A DNA stretch of 64,000 bases from a virus. The stretch covers positions 32,001-96,000 of the IMG/VR virus record IMGVR_UViG_3300035670_000035; one strand, written 5' to 3'. Under the pieces are notes generated by a model. That model ran no database searches. It worked only from the letters and a program-made list of their open reading frames with translations, and was not told the origin of the DNA. Positions within the stretch are counted from its first letter, which is position 1. The number at the start of each line of letters is the position of its first letter. Positions 28,052 to 37,097 of this stretch are shown piece after piece. The position numbers and the translations under genes were made by a program.

Positions 28052-28283
28052 AGAAAACGTAATAAAATTATTTGAGATAGGTATATGCGATCAAAGATTC
28101 CCATATGCTTCAACCAAATTATGGCTATCTTATTTTAAAAATATAGATTTATATTGTGCTGATAATTTTTGGGGACATTATCTTGAAGATAAAATTAAAG
28201 ATATTAATAATAATTTTGAATTAATAGAAATGGTATTAGATAAACATAAAATAAATTATTTGGCAGTTTTTAGAAAAAAATGA
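28038..28283 (+). pseudogene. Internally deleted remnant of a class I SAM methyltransferase
   Basis: KLFEIGI...STKLWLSYFKNIDLYCAD matches the N-terminus of LEIGI..GxSLxxW..YF..A.IYGxD methyltransferases, but the ORF is only 81 aa. Confidence 0.5.
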
Positions 28284-29074
28284 ATATATTAATTACTGGA
28301 GGAAATGGATATATAGCTAAATCATTATCAACACATCTCTCACAATTTTTATTTCTACATAAAATTCATAGTATTACTAGATTAGATTTTGATTTAACTG
28401 ATACAGATGCAACTAATTTTTGGTTTAAAGATAAAAAATTTGACATTGTAATTCATACTGCAATTAAAGGTGGCTCAAGATTAAATATTGAAGATGATTC
28501 AGTATTGGATAATAATTTAAAAATGTTTAATAATCTATTGATTAATAAAAATAAATTTAAAAAATTAATATCTTTTGGTTCTGGCGCAGAGATTTGGAAT
28601 CCAGAAACACCATATGGTAAAAGTAAAAAAATAATAAATGAAATTATAGAAAAAGAAACTAATTTTTATAATATAAGAATTTTCGCTGTTTTTGATGAGA
28701 ATGAATTAGATACTAGATTTATAAAAGCTAATATTTTAAGATATACACAAAAAGAACCAATGTTAATACATGCAAATAAAATAATGGATTTCTTTTATAT
28801 GAAAGATCTTTTAAATTTAGTAGATTATTATATTAATAATGAAAATCCACCTAAACAAATAGATTGTTCTTATAAAAATAAAAAAACTCTTTTAAATATA
28901 GCTAATTTTATTAATACTCTTGCTAATTATAAAGTAGATATTAATATAGAAAAAGACGTTATATTACAAGATTATTGTGGAATAAGTAATTTACCTATAG
29001 AGGTTATAGGTTTAGAAAATGGGATTAAAGAAGTATATAATAAATTATTAGAAATATATGATTCTAAAATTTAA
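28280..29074 (+). CDS. NAD-dependent epimerase/dehydratase/reductase (extended SDR)
   Basis: ILITGGNGYIA, FGSGAE, PYGKSK, IRIFAVF. Confidence 0.88.
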   Translation: MNILITGGNGYIAKSLSTHLSQFLFLHKIHSITRLDFDLTDTDATNFWFKDKKFDIVIHTAIKGGSRLNIEDDSVLDNNLKMFNNLLINKNKFKKLISFGSGAEIWNPETPYGKSKKIINEIIEKETNFYNIRIFAVFDENELDTRFIKANILRYTQKEPMLIHANKIMDFFYMKDLLNLVDYYINNENPPKQIDCSYKNKKTLLNIANFINTLANYKVDINIEKDVILQDYCGISNLPIEVIGLENGIKEVYNKLLEIYDSKI

Positions 29075-29083
29075 AATCTCTAA

Positions 29084-30259
29084 ATGAGTAACTCTTTAAA
29101 AGAAACATATTATGGTAAAAAGATAGATACTGCAAATATTCTAAATATAGAAGATGCAGTAAAATTAATAAAAGATAAAAAAGTTGTTATTGTTACTGGA
29201 GTTACTGGTCAAGATGGAAGTCATATGGTTGATTTCTTATTAAAGAATACAGACTATACTATTTTTGGTGGAGTCCGAAGATTAAGTGTTTATAACCATA
29301 AAAATATTAATCATATTAATTCTGATAGATTTCATTTAATTAATTTTGATTTAACAGATTCTCATGCAATTGCAAGAATTGTAGAAAAATTACAACCAGA
29401 TTATTTTATTAATTTTGCAGCTCAAAGTTTTGTAGCAAGCAGTTGGGATTTTGCTAGACAAACTTGGGCAGCAAATTCAACTGCTATTTTAGATATTTTA
29501 GAAGCTATTAGATTATATAAACCCAAGTGTAGACTTTATCAAGCAGGATCTAGTGAAGAATTTGGAAATGTTATTTATGCACCTCAAGATGAAAAACATC
29601 CATTAAGACCAAGAAGCCCATATGGAGCTAGTAAGGCCGCTTCAAGGCAACTAATTAAAGTATATAGAGATTCATACAATCTTTATGCGATACAGGGTTG
29701 GTTGTTTAATCACGAGGGAATAAGAAGAGGAGAAGAATTTGTCACAAGAAAAATTACTAAAAATGTTGCTAGAATATATCATGCATTAAAAAATAATGAA
29801 GAATTTAAACCATTAGAATTAGGAAATTTAGATGCAAAAAGAGATTGGAGTGATTCTGAAGATTTTATTGAGGGAGTTTGGATGATGTTGAATCAGGATA
29901 AATATAATCCTAATTATGATGGAAATCCAAAAGAATATGTTTTCTCTTCAAATGAAACACATACTATTAGAGAGTTTGTAGAAAAAGCATTTAAAATTGC
30001 TGGGATAGAGGGTCATTGGATTTATACAAATGATGGCAGACCAGAAGACGAAGGTTTTTATTTAAAAGATGATAAAGGACAATACAAACTTTTAGTTAAA
30101 ATTAATCCAAAATTTTATCGTCCAGCCGAAGTAGAATTATTATTGGGTAACTCTAATAAAGCAAGAGAAGAGCTTGGATGGAAACCAAAAATTTCATTTG
30201 ACAATCTAGTAGAAAAAATGGTAAAATGGGATGTAGAAAAAAATGATATTATTTTTTAA
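29084..30259 (+). CDS. gmd: GDP-mannose 4,6-dehydratase
   Basis: TGVTGQDG, AAQSFV, QAGSSEEFG, PRSPYGASK, FNHE..RRG..FVTRKI, GNLDAKRDW, RPAEVELLLG. Confidence 0.95.
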   Translation: MSNSLKETYYGKKIDTANILNIEDAVKLIKDKKVVIVTGVTGQDGSHMVDFLLKNTDYTIFGGVRRLSVYNHKNINHINSDRFHLINFDLTDSHAIARIVEKLQPDYFINFAAQSFVASSWDFARQTWAANSTAILDILEAIRLYKPKCRLYQAGSSEEFGNVIYAPQDEKHPLRPRSPYGASKAASRQLIKVYRDSYNLYAIQGWLFNHEGIRRGEEFVTRKITKNVARIYHALKNNEEFKPLELGNLDAKRDWSDSEDFIEGVWMMLNQDKYNPNYDGNPKEYVFSSNETHTIREFVEKAFKIAGIEGHWIYTNDGRPEDEGFYLKDDKGQYKLLVKINPKFYRPAEVELLLGNSNKAREELGWKPKISFDNLVEKMVKWDVEKNDIIF

Positions 30260-31346
30260 TGTATTCATAACAAATAAAAGAATAAGTGGCCCAAATTCCT
30301 GTGATAGATTAGATTTATTTAAATACTGTTTATCAAGTTATTCATGCATAGATGATATAAAAGATGTTGTTATATATTGCGAATTAGATTCAAATTATAA
30401 AAGCAGGGAAATTGAATTAAAAGATTACATATATACCATTTTTAATGGTAAAAATATACAATATTATAATTATAGTCCATGCAATCAAAAACAATGGCAA
30501 ATAGCTTTACAAGATTCAAATATATTAAATTCATCGGAACCAATATTGTATTCTGGTAACGATGATCATATATTTATTGATTATGATTTAATATCAATTC
30601 GTGAAGGAATAAAACTATTAAAAAATGAATCAAATGAACAAATTAATAGTTTTGCAATAAGTCATTGGCCAGAATCTATTTCTTATGCATACCATTATCC
30701 TTTTGTAGATAGAGGAATATTTTGGGAAAGTGAAATTTTAGCGACCACATCGATAGTCATGGTAAATAATACATTTTTTAAACATTTATTTTTTAATTTA
30801 GAAATGGGAGAAATATTTATAAGAAGAACAGATCCAATTTTAACAAATGTTTATCCATATACTGGAAATTTTGCTTTTCCTTCTAAAAAAACACATCCAA
30901 AAGTAAAAACATTTATTCCATTAAAAGGAGAGATAATTAGACATTTTGATTCATATCCTTACTTTGTTCAAATGCCACTTTCAATTTGTCCTCAATTAAA
31001 AATACCAAATGGATTTTTTGAAAATAATATAAAAATAAATTATTGTGGAAAAGTAAAAAGAGACTTTTACAATGTCAATCCATTGGCTGAAAAATATCTT
31101 TTTGAAGATTATACAAATGGAGTAGATGATAAAAAATTATTAGAAGATTTACCGCTATTTTGGAGAAATAAAATTTCAGAGATAGAAGATCATAGCAATG
31201 AATATTCTCGTCAAGATTTAATTGACGCTAGAAATATCAATCATAAAAATTTAATGACAGTGCCGCATAATAGAATTCACGAAGGAGTTCATTATCATGG
31301 ACCCCTTAATTTAGAAGAAAAATATATTAAATTAGGTTATAGATAA
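30243..31346 (+). CDS. Hypothetical protein, possibly GT-A-like
   Basis: Located inside the sugar operon; YSGNDDHIFID resembles a DxD-region motif. Confidence 0.5.
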   Translation: MILFFNVFITNKRISGPNSCDRLDLFKYCLSSYSCIDDIKDVVIYCELDSNYKSREIELKDYIYTIFNGKNIQYYNYSPCNQKQWQIALQDSNILNSSEPILYSGNDDHIFIDYDLISIREGIKLLKNESNEQINSFAISHWPESISYAYHYPFVDRGIFWESEILATTSIVMVNNTFFKHLFFNLEMGEIFIRRTDPILTNVYPYTGNFAFPSKKTHPKVKTFIPLKGEIIRHFDSYPYFVQMPLSICPQLKIPNGFFENNIKINYCGKVKRDFYNVNPLAEKYLFEDYTNGVDDKKLLEDLPLFWRNKISEIEDHSNEYSRQDLIDARNINHKNLMTVPHNRIHEGVHYHGPLNLEEKYIKLGYR

Positions 31347-31360
31347 TTTTAAATTATTAT

Positions 31361-32086
31361 ATGAATATATTAATCCCTATGGCAGGATTAGGAGAAAGAT
31401 TTTCTAAATCTCATCCAAATAAAATTAAACCACTAATAAATGTTTATAATGAACCAATGATACAAAAAGTTCTAAAAAATCTAAATCAACAAGAAGATAT
31501 TAATTTTATTATAATAACATTAAAGATAATATCTGAAAATCAAGAATTTATAAAAATTTTAAAAAATTTAAATATTAAATATACGTTAATAAGTATTGAT
31601 GAAAAAACCGATGGGCCAGCTTGCACATGCTTATTAGCAAAAGAATATATTAAAAACGAACCACTAATTATAATTAATTGCGATCAAATAATTTTAGATT
31701 TTAATTTAAAAAACTTACTTGATTTTAGCAAGTTAAATAATGCGGATGGGGTTATTGGAGTTTTCCATTCAAATTCTAGAAAAAATAGTTATATAAAACT
31801 AGGTGAAGATTTGACCATACAAGAAGTAAAAGAAAAAATCGTTATTAGCAATATAGCTACAAATGGATTACATTTTTGGAAGAACGGAAATGACTTTATA
31901 AGATCAGTAGAAGAGATGATTTCTAAAGATGATAGATATTCAAATGAATTTTATGTTGCGCCAAGTTACAATTATATGATAAAGAATGGCAAAAAGATAC
32001 TACCATATTATTATAATTTACATTATCCTATTGGTATACCAGAGGATCTAATGTATTTTGAAAAATATATATATGAAAATATATAA
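31361..32086 (+). CDS. Sugar-phosphate nucleotidyltransferase
   Basis: ILIPMAGLGERF..KPLI, TDGPACT, IINCD, ATNG, EFYVAP.YN. Confidence 0.88.
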   Translation: MNILIPMAGLGERFSKSHPNKIKPLINVYNEPMIQKVLKNLNQQEDINFIIITLKIISENQEFIKILKNLNIKYTLISIDEKTDGPACTCLLAKEYIKNEPLIIINCDQIILDFNLKNLLDFSKLNNADGVIGVFHSNSRKNSYIKLGEDLTIQEVKEKIVISNIATNGLHFWKNGNDFIRSVEEMISKDDRYSNEFYVAPSYNYMIKNGKKILPYYYNLHYPIGIPEDLMYFEKYIYENI

Positions 32087-32399
32087 AATCAAAAACTTTA
32101 AAGACGGTTGGTTTATAGGAAATTTTAAACCAACAATATTTAAAACTAAAGATTTTGAAATATGTTATAAAAAGCATAAGAAAAATGAAAAATGGCCTAT
32201 CCATTATCACAAAATTGCGACAGAGTATAATTATTTAATCAGCGGAAAAATGAAAATACAAAATAAAACTTTAAAAAAAGGTGATATATTCGTATTATAT
32301 CCTAGTGAGGTTGCGAATCCAATATTCCTAGAAGATTGTGAATTAATCGTAGTGAAAACACCTTCGATAAAAGGAGATAAATACCATGTTAAATTATAA
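32073..32399 (+). CDS. Cupin-fold protein
   Basis: GWFIGNF, HYHK..E..YLISG, GDIFVLYP.E; start placed at ATG 32073. Confidence 0.8.
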   Translation: MKIYKIKNFKDGWFIGNFKPTIFKTKDFEICYKKHKKNEKWPIHYHKIATEYNYLISGKMKIQNKTLKKGDIFVLYPSEVANPIFLEDCELIVVKTPSIKGDKYHVKL

Positions 32400-33600
32400 C
32401 ATATTTAAAACTGAAGATCAGTTAGATAAAAATTTTTACGAAAGATATTTTATTGTCTCTTATGATTTAGAATCAAAAACTAATCTTAGAGATGCTGCAT
32501 GGAATCTTGCAATAGGCCAATCTATAGGTAATCCAAGCGCAAGATCCGAATTTGAAACTCAAGATATGATAGACAATCATTGCGTATTAATATTGGCCGA
32601 TGAGAAAGAGCTTTTGCAAAAGAATAAAGGAAATGTAAAATTCGCCTTCCCAGAAACAAATATAAATTTTGAAACAGATGGAATAAGTCAGCTTTTAGTT
32701 CAGATCATGGGCGGACAATGCGACATAGACATTATATATCGCTGTTTTGTAACAGACCTACAATTAACAGAAAACATGAAAAAAATTCTAAAAGGTCCAA
32801 AAATAGGTTTAAAAGAAATAAAACAATATTGTAATATAAGTAATGACAAACCAATATTTGGCGGTATTGTTAAACCAAAAATAGGATTATCTCCAGAAAA
32901 AAATCTTGATCTTGTAAAACAGATGATTGACGGAGGATGTAATTTTATTAAAGAAGACGAAATTCTTTCTGATCCGCAACATTGCCCAATTCATAAAAGA
33001 GTTCCATTAGTTATGAACTATTTAAGGAATAGTGGTTTAAAAGTTTTTTATGCTGTATCTATACATGCAGATCCTTCACAAATTCTAAAAAGAGTTAAGC
33101 AAGTTTATGAATTAGGTGGAAATGGCGTTCATATTAATTTTCACTGTGGATTAGGAGCATATAAAAGCGTAAGAGAATTAAATCTTCCTATCCTAGTTCA
33201 TTTTCAAAAAAGTGGAGATAAGATTTTAAATTGTATAGATCATAGATATGGTATAGATCAAAATGTTATATTTAAGCTGGTCGCTCAAAGTGGTTGCTCC
33301 ACTCTGCATGCAGGAATGATTGGTGGATATATGGATAATGAGACAATAGAAGTTAAAAAGACAATAAAAATCTTAAATGATGAAAATGCTGTTCCTGCAC
33401 TTAGTTGTGGCATGCATCCAGGATTAATTGATTACATTATGAATGAAGTAGGTCATGGAAATTGGATGGCCAATGTAGGAGGAGCGCTTTCTTCTCATCC
33501 AATGGGTACTCTAGCTGGTACAAAAGCTATGCGTCAATCTATAGATAAAAATTATGGTATAGAATATCAAAAAGCTATAGATAAATGGGGTAAAAAATAA
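32386..33600 (+). CDS. RuBisCO-like protein (form IV RLP)
   Basis: GGIVKPKIGLS (K175/K177), GGCNFIKEDE (K201, D203, E204), LVHFQ (H294), LHAG (H327), PALSCG, VGG..HP.G..AG..A; lacks R295 and loop-6 K334 equivalents. Confidence 0.92.
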   Translation: MLNYNIFKTEDQLDKNFYERYFIVSYDLESKTNLRDAAWNLAIGQSIGNPSARSEFETQDMIDNHCVLILADEKELLQKNKGNVKFAFPETNINFETDGISQLLVQIMGGQCDIDIIYRCFVTDLQLTENMKKILKGPKIGLKEIKQYCNISNDKPIFGGIVKPKIGLSPEKNLDLVKQMIDGGCNFIKEDEILSDPQHCPIHKRVPLVMNYLRNSGLKVFYAVSIHADPSQILKRVKQVYELGGNGVHINFHCGLGAYKSVRELNLPILVHFQKSGDKILNCIDHRYGIDQNVIFKLVAQSGCSTLHAGMIGGYMDNETIEVKKTIKILNDENAVPALSCGMHPGLIDYIMNEVGHGNWMANVGGALSSHPMGTLAGTKAMRQSIDKNYGIEYQKAIDKWGKK

Positions 33601-33664
33601 TGAGTATAGAAATAAATAAATGCAACAATAATGATTATGGCATAGATTTTACATATAAAATTAT

Positions 33665-34099
33665 ATGAGAGTCATCTCTCATAGAGGCAACCTTTTAGGA
33701 ATACAAAAGAAAACAGAAAATAATCCAGATCAAGTAGACAAAGTATTGTCAATGGGTTTTGATTGCGAGATAGATGTGTGGTATAAAAATAATAATTGGT
33801 ATTTAGGTCATGACAAGCCAATTTATAAAATAAATGAAATTTTTTTAGAAAATAAAAAATTATGGTGTCATGCAAAAAACTTAAATGCTTTAAGTCTTAT
33901 GTTAAAGAATAGAAATATTCATTGCTTCTGGCATCAAAAAGATGATTTTACAATAACCTCTAAAGGTTATATTTGGACATATCCAAACAAAAATACAACA
34001 GACAATTCTGTAATAGTTTTAAAAAATAAAAAAAGTAAATTGCCTAAAAATCTTTTTGGAATATGTACAGATTTTGTACTTTTATACAAAAATACTTGA
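33665..34099 (+). CDS. Short GDPD/PLC-like phosphodiesterase
   Basis: ISHRGN, EN, CEIDVW, LGHD, WCHAKN, GICTD. Confidence 0.75.
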   Translation: MRVISHRGNLLGIQKKTENNPDQVDKVLSMGFDCEIDVWYKNNNWYLGHDKPIYKINEIFLENKKLWCHAKNLNALSLMLKNRNIHCFWHQKDDFTITSKGYIWTYPNKNTTDNSVIVLKNKKSKLPKNLFGICTDFVLLYKNT

Positions 34100-34124
34100 C
34101 CAAATTATATTATTAATATAATAT
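34096..34124 (+). promoter_or_regulatory. Sigma70-type promoter for the recombination operon
   Basis: TTGACC, 17 nt, TAATAT (a TATAAT also lies 2 nt upstream). Confidence 0.6.
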
Positions 34125-34130
34125 AAATTA

Positions 34131-34475
34131 TTGAAAAATATAAATCATAAACTTTGTCAATTAATAATTATAAAATATATTAAAAAAAATATAAATTGGC
34201 CACGAGAAATAAAAATAGCTAAAAGATTAGTTAAAAAATTTAATTCATTTGAATTTTGGAATAAATTAAAAGAATTAAAAAGTTCACCACCTTCATTAGC
34301 TTGGTTTTTAAAGCCTGAAGGAAAAGCTTTTCTTTTGAAAGAATATGAAATATTTAATTTAAAATTAAATAAAAATCATATTCAATTAGAAAAAAATAAA
34401 TTAGGAGAAGATAAAAAAGTTTGCCAAAAACCTAAAACCTTGCTAGAATTTATAAGATATGGGAAGAAAACCTAA
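34131..34475 (+). CDS. Hypothetical protein
   Basis: TTG start; precedes and overlaps the RecA-like gene. Confidence 0.55.
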   Translation: MKNINHKLCQLIIIKYIKKNINWPREIKIAKRLVKKFNSFEFWNKLKELKSSPPSLAWFLKPEGKAFLLKEYEIFNLKLNKNHIQLEKNKLGEDKKVCQKPKTLLEFIRYGKKT

Positions 34476-35601
34476 AGAAGAAGTAGCTGAATCTACTGGT
34501 CCATCCGCATCAGATAGATTATTATCATTTTTAAAAGACAACAAAGAAGACCATTATAACTTTGAAGAAGAAATCTATTACAAGGTTTCAACTGGTAGTC
34601 TTAATTTAGATATCGCCACAAGCGGTGGTTTGTGTCCAGGATTGCATAGATTTATTGGTATGAATGAAGGAGGAAAAACCTCAGAAGCACTAGAAGTAGC
34701 CAAGAACTTTCTTAAAACAGTACAGAATTCTAGAGCTTTACTTTTTAAAGCTGAAGGTCGCCTAAGCAAAGAAATTAAAGAAAGATCAGGAATCAAATTT
34801 GTTGCTGATCCAAAAGAATGGGTTGATGGAACGTGTTTTGTATTTGAATGTAATATTTTTGAAACAGTATCTGAATTGATGAAAGATTTAATTCAATCCA
34901 ATGACGAAGATAAAAGATACATGTTTATTCTTGATTCAGTAGACGGTCTAATTACTAAAGGTGATAAAGAAAAAACTTTAAGTGAAGCTACAAAAGTTGC
35001 TGGAGGAGCTGTAATATCTTCAATGCTTATGAAGAAGATTTCTTTGGCTTTATCAAAGCGAGGCCATATGGCAATCTTCATTAGCCAAGTTCGATCAGAT
35101 ATTAAGCTCGATCCATATGCAGCAAACAAAGAAATAAGACAAACTACTGCAACTGGCGGTAATGCGTTGTTGCATTTTGCTAATTGGATTCTTGAATTTG
35201 AACCTCGTTACAATAAAGATCTTATCCTAGAAAAACCAAATGAAAAATATGATCCAGTTAAAAATAAGATCATTGGACATAATGTAAAAATTGGTATTAA
35301 AAAATCTACAAATGAATCAACAAATTCTAAAGTGCAATATCCAATCAAATATGGACGAAAAGAAGGATCTTCTGTTTGGAAAGAATACGAAGTAATTGAC
35401 CAAATATTGTCTTGGGAATTTGCTACTGCTAAAGGAGCATGGGTTACTTTTTCTGATGAGATTATAGAGGAACTTAAAAAATCTAATATTGAGCTTAAAA
35501 AGCAACATCAAGGCATTGATAACCTAAGACTTTATCTAGAAGAGAATAAGCCAATTACTGAATACTTTTATAATAAATTTATTAGCACACTAGCATCATG
35601 A
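34459..35601 (+). CDS. RecA/UvsX-like recombinase
   Basis: STGSLNLDIA..GG, Walker A GMNEGGKT, Walker B FILDSV, FISQVR, TGGNALLHFA. Confidence 0.9.
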   Translation: MGRKPKEEVAESTGPSASDRLLSFLKDNKEDHYNFEEEIYYKVSTGSLNLDIATSGGLCPGLHRFIGMNEGGKTSEALEVAKNFLKTVQNSRALLFKAEGRLSKEIKERSGIKFVADPKEWVDGTCFVFECNIFETVSELMKDLIQSNDEDKRYMFILDSVDGLITKGDKEKTLSEATKVAGGAVISSMLMKKISLALSKRGHMAIFISQVRSDIKLDPYAANKEIRQTTATGGNALLHFANWILEFEPRYNKDLILEKPNEKYDPVKNKIIGHNVKIGIKKSTNESTNSKVQYPIKYGRKEGSSVWKEYEVIDQILSWEFATAKGAWVTFSDEIIEELKKSNIELKKQHQGIDNLRLYLEENKPITEYFYNKFISTLAS

Positions 35602-36017
35602 GATTATTAAATATTAACGGCAAGCTCGTTAATAAAAATGTAAGAAGAAATCTAATAAATTGGGAAGGTAAAAGTCGTAGTAAATTACAATTTAAATTTA
35701 AGCAATTTTTCTATCCCTACTGGAAAAATCATATTGTTTATGAAGAGTTTCCAGTCTATGGCTCTATGCTTAAAGTTGATATATTAAATGCAACAAAAAA
35801 GATAGCGGTTGAGATACAAGGCAACCAACATGAGTCCTTTAATAAATTCTTTCACGATGATTCTAGATTAAAATATCTTCAAAGTATAAAAAGAGATGTA
35901 AAAAAAGAAAAATGGTTAGAAATGAATGAATTTAAATTCTTAGAATTATATGAATCTGATTTAAAGGTTTTATCACCACAATATATAGAAAAAAAATTTG
36001 ACATTTTAATTATATAA
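35598..36017 (+). CDS. Vsr/DUF559-like PD-(D/E)XK endonuclease
   Basis: SKLQ, YEEFPV, VDIL..IAVEIQGNQH, RDVKKEKW. Confidence 0.8.
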   Translation: MRLLNINGKLVNKNVRRNLINWEGKSRSKLQFKFKQFFYPYWKNHIVYEEFPVYGSMLKVDILNATKKIAVEIQGNQHESFNKFFHDDSRLKYLQSIKRDVKKEKWLEMNEFKFLELYESDLKVLSPQYIEKKFDILII

Positions 36018-36047
36018 GATTATAATATTTTAAATAAAGAAAAATAC

Positions 36048-36695
36048 ATGATATTAAATATAAATTCTGCAGAAGTTCGTATTCAAGAAAATGAATCTAA
36101 TATAAAAGGTCTTAAATTTATACCTCAAATAACAAATTTTGGTCCAAAAGGAAATGATGAAGATCAATTACCATTTAGCACAGGTTTTGCAATAGAAGTA
36201 TCTCCATCAAATTTTTTTCTTACTGAGGAACTTACTAAAAAATATGCAAAACATCATATAGTTGAAATTGGAGTTCATAGAAATGGACAAAATTCTTTTA
36301 CTCGCGCAATGCTTAATCATAAACCAAAAAATTCAAAATATTTAGGTATAGATTTAGAGAGTAAAACCTTCTTAAATAATCAAGAAAATAATATTTACAC
36401 AATACAAGCCAACTCTTTTGAGCAAGAAAGAGTAAGGGCTTACATGCATGAAATAGGTATAGACAAAATATCAATATTTTTTATTGATGGCTGGCATTCT
36501 GTAAATACAATTATAAATGATTGGAAATATACAGATTTACTAGCTGATGATGGAATAGTGATTTTTCACGATACGAATTATCATCCAGGGCCACCTATTT
36601 TATTGGAAGCCATTGATAAAAATTTATATGACATTAAAAAATATTTTGAAAATGATAGAGCAGATTGTGGGATGGCGGTTGCTTTCAAAAAATAA
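36048..36695 (+). CDS. Class I SAM-dependent methyltransferase (Methyltransf_24-like, probably glycan-modifying)
   Basis: IVEIGVHRNG, LGIDL, FFIDGWHS..ND, GIVIFHD. Confidence 0.8.
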   Translation: MILNINSAEVRIQENESNIKGLKFIPQITNFGPKGNDEDQLPFSTGFAIEVSPSNFFLTEELTKKYAKHHIVEIGVHRNGQNSFTRAMLNHKPKNSKYLGIDLESKTFLNNQENNIYTIQANSFEQERVRAYMHEIGIDKISIFFIDGWHSVNTIINDWKYTDLLADDGIVIFHDTNYHPGPPILLEAIDKNLYDIKKYFENDRADCGMAVAFKK

Positions 36696-36723
36696 AATAA
36701 ATAAAATAAAATTTCAATTTTTA

Positions 36724-36729
36724 GTGTAA
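36724..36729 (+). promoter_or_regulatory. GTGTAA motif
   Basis: GTGTAAAATAT, 8 nt upstream of GTG 36738. Confidence 0.5.
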
Positions 36730-36737
36730 AATATTCG

Positions 36738-37046
36738 GTGACGAATAAAAAGAAATTTAATTTTCCTAATAATTTGCTAAAGCAACTCGATGAATGTAGT
36801 TTTGGTGGATATATTCTATTTAATTTTAATTCTAAAGGCGATCCACAAGTATTTACAAAATTTGATAATCAAATGAACGCAATGGCTCTTTTATATTATT
36901 TGGGTTCTTGGAGCAGTACTGTAGATCAAATGAATATGGATGCAACAGCAGACGCTATTTTAGAACAAGGTAATAAAAATAATAAAAACCAAGACGATTT
37001 TGATGATGATTTTGACGATGATGGTTTCGATGATAAAAAAGACTAA
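36738..37046 (+). CDS. Hypothetical protein with acidic DDF-repeat tail
   Basis: 102-aa ORF ending DDFDDDFDDDGFDD. Confidence 0.6.
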   Translation: MTNKKKFNFPNNLLKQLDECSFGGYILFNFNSKGDPQVFTKFDNQMNAMALLYYLGSWSSTVDQMNMDATADAILEQGNKNNKNQDDFDDDFDDDGFDDKKD

Positions 37047-37061
37047 TAATTAATACTTTAC

Positions 37062-37090
37062 TTGACTTTTAATTCTTATTGTAGTATCAT
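37062..37090 (+). promoter_or_regulatory. Sigma70-type promoter for dnaB
   Basis: TTGACT, 17 nt, TATCAT. Confidence 0.7.
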
Positions 37091-37097
37091 ATAAAGG

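Noticed and set aside
32386-33600. CO2-fixing RuBisCO as an auxiliary metabolic gene
   Set aside because: R295, K334, E60 and N123 equivalents are missing, and there is no small subunit or phosphoribulokinase.
33638-33652. Second sigma54 promoter (TGGCATAGATTTTAC)
   Set aside because: Shares 10 nt with the hsp20 site but lacks the essential -12 GC and lies mid-operon.
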